DNA of 64,000 bases from assembly GCA_949290645.1 (NCBI GenBank), contig CASESG010000001.1:5104-69103 (forward strand), in the 5' to 3' direction. This document shows positions 61,956 to 64,000 of the stretch, piece by piece. How positions within the stretch are numbered: position 1 is the first letter of the stretch; every line of letters starts with the position of its first letter. The notes under the pieces were generated by a model, which was not told the origin of the DNA, did not search any database, and saw only the letters and a program-made list of their open reading frames with translations. Origin of the DNA: an uncultured Bacillota bacterium (GTDB lineage Bacteria > Bacillota_I > Bacilli_A > RFN20 > CAG-288). A program made the position numbers and the translations under genes.

Positions 61956-63593
61956 TTACATCATCAGTTCGTAATTGGCCATGTCCATGAAGATGAGGGT
62001 GAAGATTCCGTCATAGTCGAGAATCTCGACATAGAGGGTGATTCCGTTATCGAGTTCCTTGGTGTAGGCCAAGCCTCCGTTGAGACTTCCCTCGAAGCTT
62101 TGGTAGCCCAGTCCTTCCAGGACTTCTCCGTAGGCCAAAAGATCTTCTTGAGTGGGCACGGTGACCTCGTCGTAATAGAGGAAGAAGAGGAACAGGCTGG
62201 GATCTTCGGTGAAGTCTACCCAATAGGGTTGGGTGTAGTTGGTCGGAGCGGGGAGGGTGTTGGCTTCCTCTCCCATCAGGGCAAGGAGGTTGTCGGCACT
62301 CTCTTCCTCGAGCAGGTCGATGAAGTCGGCCGAGGTGCTGGGATCTTTGATGTCGCTTTCCGAGATGCCGTGGTCGGTCGTTCCGAAAGCGGTGAAGGTG
62401 AGCTCGGTCTTGCTCTCTCCGCTGACGTTGGTGGCGAGGATCTGATCGTCGGTGATGGTGATGGTGAAGTCGGCAAGCTCGCTGGCGACGGCTTCGAAGA
62501 TGGTCATCGTCATCAGGTCTCCCTCGACGTCTTCCTTCATGGTATAGACGTCCTCTTCCTTGTCCATCGTGGCGGCGGAGAGACGGAAGGAAGGCATCAG
62601 CTCCTTGAGGCTTCCTTCCTCGGGCTCGCCCTGACGGACATAGAAACCGTCGAGCTTCTCGCAGATCTGGATTCTTCCGTCATCGGTCACGTAGTAGTAC
62701 ATGTCGTATCCGTTTGTCTGATAGGACACGCCCTTCTCGTTGATCTTGTAGTTTGAGGTGGAGAGAAGCTCGTCTCCTTCGTAGTCCTTCTGGACAAGGG
62801 TGTAGTTTCCTGCCGTGAGCTTCTCTATGGCTTCTTCGAAGGTGGCGTCGGAGACTTCGGGATAGGGGACGGCCCTCTCGAGGATCGTCTCTCCTTCCTC
62901 AAGGGCGACAAACGTTCCTTCGTAATGATAGGTATAACTGGTCTGGAAGGAGAAGTCGGCCTCGAAGGCGATGGTCTTTGTTCCTTCGACTTCGAAGGCG
63001 AGACTCCGGAGGTCGAATCCCGGATTTCCGTAGAGCTGGGTGACGATGGCGTTCTCCAGGGTGGCCTTGTCTGTCTCGAGGAGGTATTTCGTTCCTTCCT
63101 TCCGGAAATCGTCGATGGTCAAGGCCGTGAAGAAGTTCCGGAAGCCGTCCTGCTCGAAGCGATAGTATTCATAGGTGACGGGGTTGTAGAGAGGATAGAA
63201 GCTCAGGGTGTTGCTGATGTCCAGACGGGTGGATTCCAGCTGGTCGTCCTTCTTCTGGTAATACGTCTCGAAGAAGAGCGTCTTTCCGCTCTCGTCTGTG
63301 CTGCGGAAGGTGATCTTCTCGTTCTGGCTCTCGGTCTCGGCGGTGGTGGTTGTGGTCTTTCCTCCTGTCGTCTCTTCGGCCTTGGCGTTCATCTTGTATC
63401 CGTTCTGGAAGAGAGGAAGGATGTCCTTCAGCTCCGGAAGGACGGCGGAACTCGGGGAGGAAGAGCTCTCCTGGGTGGCGCTGGAGGTGCTCTCCTGGGT
63501 CGATGAGTCGCTGGAGGATGAGGAATCATCCTTTGGGCCGCAGGCGGTCAGAAGGAGGGGAAGAAGGAAGAGGAAGAAGATATTCTTTTTCAT
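61956..63593 (-). CDS. Lipoprotein of unknown function (545 aa)
   Basis: Start chosen at MKKNIFFLFLLPLLLTACG (lipobox LTAC), followed by a Ser-rich linker. No family recognised. Confidence 0.7.
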   Translation of the reverse strand: MKKNIFFLFLLPLLLTACGPKDDSSSSSDSSTQESTSSATQESSSSPSSAVLPELKDILPLFQNGYKMNAKAEETTGGKTTTTTAETESQNEKITFRSTDESGKTLFFETYYQKKDDQLESTRLDISNTLSFYPLYNPVTYEYYRFEQDGFRNFFTALTIDDFRKEGTKYLLETDKATLENAIVTQLYGNPGFDLRSLAFEVEGTKTIAFEADFSFQTSYTYHYEGTFVALEEGETILERAVPYPEVSDATFEEAIEKLTAGNYTLVQKDYEGDELLSTSNYKINEKGVSYQTNGYDMYYYVTDDGRIQICEKLDGFYVRQGEPEEGSLKELMPSFRLSAATMDKEEDVYTMKEDVEGDLMTMTIFEAVASELADFTITITDDQILATNVSGESKTELTFTAFGTTDHGISESDIKDPSTSADFIDLLEEESADNLLALMGEEANTLPAPTNYTQPYWVDFTEDPSLFLFFLYYDEVTVPTQEDLLAYGEVLEGLGYQSFEGSLNGGLAYTKELDNGITLYVEILDYDGIFTLIFMDMANYELMM

Positions 63594-63833
63594 GTCATTT
63601 ACCTCGCTTGATGAAAGGGAGAAAAGAATAACAGATCTTCGAAGGAGACTGTGATCGGAAAGGGGGAGGGAGAAAGGGGAAGGAAAGTTGTCGGAATATC
63701 GGGGAAAATTCATGAAAAGCGAAAGGAAAGTCCGGAAAAGGAGGTTTTCTCCTCAGCTCGAGAGAGGGCCTCAAATCCTTTGCGGAATCAAGAAAGCGCT
63801 TTTCCTTTTTGACAGAGAAGAATGAAATGAAAA

Positions 63834-63867
63834 ATCCTCCTTCTTTTGAAGACTTCCGAAGGAGGAT
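63834..63867 (-). terminator. Hairpin terminator downstream of the partial gene at the window edge
   Basis: ATCCTCCTTC (63834-63843) pairs with GAAGGAGGAT (63858-63867), with T-runs on both sides. Confidence 0.5.
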
Positions 63868-63879
63868 CTTTTTCTTTGG

Positions 63880-63999
63880 CTAGGGAAGGAATTTCCTTCT
63901 TCCGCTCTGGTATTGCTCGAGGTAGGGCGGGATCTTCCGCTCCGGATTTTCCTTCTTGAAGTAGGGGACAAGGGTGCGGAGGAAGTCCTGGGCGTCGAC
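63880..63999 (-). CDS. 3' end of an unidentified gene continuing beyond the window
   Basis: The minus-strand frame is open from the window edge to TAG (complement 63880-63882), reading ...DAQDFLRTLVPYFKKENPERKIPPYLEQYQSGRRKFLP. It is followed by the hairpin. Too short to assign. Confidence 0.3.
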   Translation of the reverse strand, partial: VDAQDFLRTLVPYFKKENPERKIPPYLEQYQSGRRKFLP

Positions 64000-64000
64000 A

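Noticed and set aside
1-64000. Alternative genetic code (UGA = Trp) because of the Mollicutes-like features
   Set aside because: Several confidently called genes end in TGA (for example the methyltransferase at 2430-2432 and nrnA at 37509-37511), and all long genes are intact under the standard code.

Overview
All protein-family calls here come from reading motifs in the supplied translations by eye; no database search or computation was run. The window looks like a chromosomal segment of a mid-GC Bacillota-type genome, possibly Erysipelotrichia or Mollicutes-like. Supporting signs are an RpoE delta subunit, LxxC lipoprotein lipoboxes, two diacylglycerol-type GT4 glycosyltransferases, and standard genetic code with TGA used as stop. 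Most of the window is housekeeping: upp, mutM-coaE fusion, polA, dnaE, rlmB, a SigH-like sigma factor, pnp, ychF, ispF, argS, rpoE, nrnA, tal, ppa, ispD, pgi, five tRNAs, and a UvrA paralogue.

Three accessory regions stand out.

(1) 175-8448 is a defence-type island. A tyrosine recombinase sits next to a C5-cytosine methyltransferase whose 5' third (motifs I-IV) is physically inverted between 18-bp perfect inverted repeats. Re-inversion would restore an in-frame gene of about 413 aa. The methyltransferase heads a tightly coupled operon: MutH/Sau3AI-like nuclease, ParB-like protein, PLD-nuclease/SNF2-helicase fusion, then a DUF2130-like protein. I do not recognise this gene combination as a named defence system, and it is my top candidate for something undescribed.

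(2) 44526-51152 is an operon for a secreted GH2 glycosidase and a 1143-aa surface protein. Its candidate promoter has a G9 homopolymer inside the 17-bp spacer, which suggests slipped-strand phase variation.

(3) 53831-60924 is a complete type II-A CRISPR-Cas locus: cas9 (about 1467 aa), cas1, cas2, csn2, an array of 10 repeats and 9 spacers, and a divergent predicted tracrRNA.

Many long ORFs in the six-frame track are antisense shadows of real genes and were rejected.
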